Made by a program: the position numbers and the translations under genes. A DNA stretch of 63,421 nucleotides, filler included. It is 5 parts of 5 records of this genome, joined end to end, with 100 filler letters (N's around TTAATTAATTAA, not from the genome) between each part and the next. Parts side by side here need not be neighbours in the genome. Positions count along the whole stretch, not along the records: positions 57,953 to 63,421 come from SRR22947727_5625; 4 more parts are not named here. One strand, 5' to 3'. Positions 61,320 through 63,421 of this stretch are shown one piece after another (position 1 is the stretch's first letter; every line of letters begins with the position of its first letter). The notes under the pieces were generated by a model. That model did no database searches and was not told where the DNA came from. It was given only the letters and a program-made list of their open reading frames with translations.

Positions 61320-62082
61320 TGTAAGAGAGTTCAAAGCTACTGAAATTGAGATTGGATTTATACATGAAAGTTCTTCTCAGGCAAGAACTGATTTTAATGA
61401 TTCAAAATTAAGCGAGCTTGCTGATTCTATTCGGAAGAACGGAATCCTTCAGCCATTGATTGTTCAAGAAATATCAACTAATAAATATGAATTAATTGCT
61501 GGAGAAAGACGCCTTAGAGCTTCAAAAATTGCAAATCTCAAAAAAATACCCTGCCTAATAAAAGACGTCAGCACAAGAGATGCCGCGGTTATCGGGCTTG
61601 TAGAAAACATACAAAGAGCTCAACTAAATGCAATGGATGAGTCCTTGGGCTTTAAACAACTTTCAGACACACATAAACTTGATCCAAAAGAAATAGGTCT
61701 CTTAGTTGGCAAAAGCCGGTCTTATGTTTCTAACTCACTAAGGCTTTCTAAACTTTCAGATAAGGTCATAAATTCTCTTAAAATAAATGATGTATCCATG
61801 GGCCAGGTCAGGCCACTAATTAACCTTCCCCATGAAATTCAGGAAAACATATTAGAAGAGATTAAACTTTTAAACTTATCAAGTAGACAAGTTGAAAATA
61901 AAGTCAGAGAAATAAACTCATCAGAACCAAGCTCAGAGGAAACCACATTGTTTTACAAAAATTACTTTGAAGACAAGACTGGGTCAAAAGCCGAAGTGCA
62001 AACAAAAAAAGGCAAGTATAAAGTTATTTTGAATTTTAACTCGACAGAATCTCTAAAAAATTTTGTTGAAAAAATAGATTAG
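61282..62082 (+). CDS. parB: chromosome partitioning protein ParB/Spo0J
   Basis: GILQPL, IAGERRLRA, ENIQR, GKSRSYVSNSLRL HTH. Confidence 0.95.
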   Translation: MKRSLSSLITDTNVREFKATEIEIGFIHESSSQARTDFNDSKLSELADSIRKNGILQPLIVQEISTNKYELIAGERRLRASKIANLKKIPCLIKDVSTRDAAVIGLVENIQRAQLNAMDESLGFKQLSDTHKLDPKEIGLLVGKSRSYVSNSLRLSKLSDKVINSLKINDVSMGQVRPLINLPHEIQENILEEIKLLNLSSRQVENKVREINSSEPSSEETTLFYKNYFEDKTGSKAEVQTKKGKYKVILNFNSTESLKNFVEKID

Positions 62083-63029
62083 CTTTCAAACCTGATATTT
62101 AAGTTATTTAATAAAGGACTTAATATATGTTCGATTTCTTCTCTTTGGTAATATTTACCAAATATTACCAAAGAAACAGATTTTGTATTCTTTAATAAAC
62201 TATGGGACTTCCCCTGACTTTGTAACCCCACTTCTTTAGCAACCTGGTCAGCCAAACTTTTCCCAATTATGCTCTCGGAAAAACTTCCCTTAAAATAACA
62301 AATTGATTCTTCGTCTGATTTTTTGAAGGATACAAATAGTGTTGGTTGAAGTTTATTAACATATTTTATAATATTTTCTTCTTTAACTTCTTGTCCAACT
62401 TCTGAAGCAAAAGAAGCAATAATGTTGTTTTCTATACAAATTTCTTTTGTAGCTTCATATGTTTCTATCTGTTCCGAATACTCCTCATCATTTGGAAAGT
62501 TAAAACATGCCGTGTAGCCAATTGTTGTCGTATGTAAATTAGGAGATATTGTTTTAATTGCTTCATTTAAAGATGTACTTAAGTTAGGTCGGATTAGTTT
62601 TCTAATTTCTTGTACTGTTCCTAGGCCAACATTTCCATCAACGGACAGACCTCTGTTTTCTTGAAATTTTACAACAGAGTCCGCAACTGTTTTGGTGAAA
62701 ACACCGTTTATTGGTTCTGAGTAAAATCCAAGTCTCGACAAAAGCTCCTGAAGTTCTTCAATATCAGCACCATATAGTTTTGGTTCACTTAGGTTTAATA
62801 TTCTATCTCCTAGCTTGTAGCCACTGTTAACTAGTTCAGCCCAAAGATCTTCTTTGTTATTTAAAGATCTTAAATTTTTGTCATCTATGAATAACAAAAC
62901 AATCGATACTAATTCATTTAAATTTTCTGTTGATGAGTATCCAGCATGAATTAATTTGTCTCGAAGATCTTTTATCTCTACATCAGACAAACTCTTTAGT
63001 AGAGTCAGAATATCAAGACTAATTGTCAA
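62079..63029 (-). CDS. peptidoglycan-binding protein with degenerate amidase domain (CwlM-like)
   Basis: [32 protein letters not shown]; actinobacterial synteny opposite parB. Confidence 0.7.
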   Translation of the reverse strand: MTISLDILTLLKSLSDVEIKDLRDKLIHAGYSSTENLNELVSIVLLFIDDKNLRSLNNKEDLWAELVNSGYKLGDRILNLSEPKLYGADIEELQELLSRLGFYSEPINGVFTKTVADSVVKFQENRGLSVDGNVGLGTVQEIRKLIRPNLSTSLNEAIKTISPNLHTTTIGYTACFNFPNDEEYSEQIETYEATKEICIENNIIASFASEVGQEVKEENIIKYVNKLQPTLFVSFKKSDEESICYFKGSFSESIIGKSLADQVAKEVGLQSQGKSHSLLKNTKSVSLVIFGKYYQREEIEHILSPLLNNLNIRFES

Positions 63030-63421
63030 GCCATCTTTCAGCGTCTATTGCTGCTTGACAACCAGTTCCCGCAGCGGTGATTGCTTGTCTATAAACAGAA
63101 TCTGCCACATCTCCAGCAGCAAAAATACCTGGTACAGATGTACTAGTATCGCTTGTAAAACCTGTTTTTATATATCCTTTTTCATCTAATTCAATCATTC
63201 CATCAAGAAAAGAAACGTTAGGTGTGTGCCCTATCGCTAGAAAAACACCGTCGATATCAACGTTTTCCTCGGTACCACTCTCAATATTCTTAATAGTTAC
63301 CGAAGAAACTTTTTTATCTCCATTAATTTCAGTAATTTCTTTATTCCATAAAACATTTATTTTTTCGTGAGCCAAAACCCTATCTTGCATTATTTTACTT
63401 GCTCTGAAAGAATCTCTTCTG
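63019..63421 (-). CDS. trxB: thioredoxin reductase, C-terminal part
   Basis: [41 protein letters not shown]. Confidence 0.95.
   Translation of the reverse strand, partial: RRDSFRASKIMQDRVLAHEKINVLWNKEITEINGDKKVSSVTIKNIESGTEENVDIDGVFLAIGHTPNVSFLDGMIELDEKGYIKTGFTSDTSTSVPGIFAAGDVADSVYRQAITAAGTGCQAAIDAERWLDN

Overview
This window is not one genome. It is five unrelated, apparently marine, contigs joined by artificial N45-TTAATTAATTAA-N43 linkers at 19623-19722, 36074-36173, 51291-51390 and 57853-57952. Taxonomic labels below are inferences from gene order, protein similarity and base composition. (1) 1-19622: gammaproteobacterial core region (probably OM60/NOR5-like) with rpoN-hpf-ptsN-rapZ-npr, mgtE, yjgA, yhdP-maf-mreDCB, gatCAB, smrA, cysZ, rhlB and a MATE transporter. 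rng, tldD and pmbA are absent from their usual slots, and mreC appears to start at ATC. (2) 19723-36073: Flavobacteriia core region with thrS-infC-rpmI-rplT, dnaB, accA, tgt, split transketolase, aroK and tRNA-Lys. (3) 36174-51290: alphaproteobacterial (Rhodobacteraceae-like) contig with HMG-CoA lyase, CoA-transferase and a TAXI-TRAP transporter, followed by a ~9 kb decaying island of tiny ABM/NTF2-fold genes. The strongest unexplained signal lies here: a decayed P27-type phage terminase small-subunit gene whose 3' end recurs three times, each time 7-14 bp downstream of, and convergent with, a different small cargo gene. This suggests serial delivery of cargo by a phage-satellite-like element with a terS-adjacent cargo slot. 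The island also holds a 42-aa CDGSH-like Cys/His microprotein and a candidate sRNA. (4) 51391-57852: AT-rich marine tailed-phage fragment (pelagiphage-like) with an L762-type DNA polymerase A, an RHH regulator, a GIY-YIG protein, terS and an AGTGTCA(GG) repeat cluster that may be an origin or pac site. (5) 57953-63421: low-GC actinobacterial (Ca. Actinomarina-like) origin-proximal cluster rnpA-yidD-yidC-jag-rsmG-parA-parB / cwlM-like / trxB, with a perfect parS inside rsmG. No CRISPR array or rRNA gene was seen.
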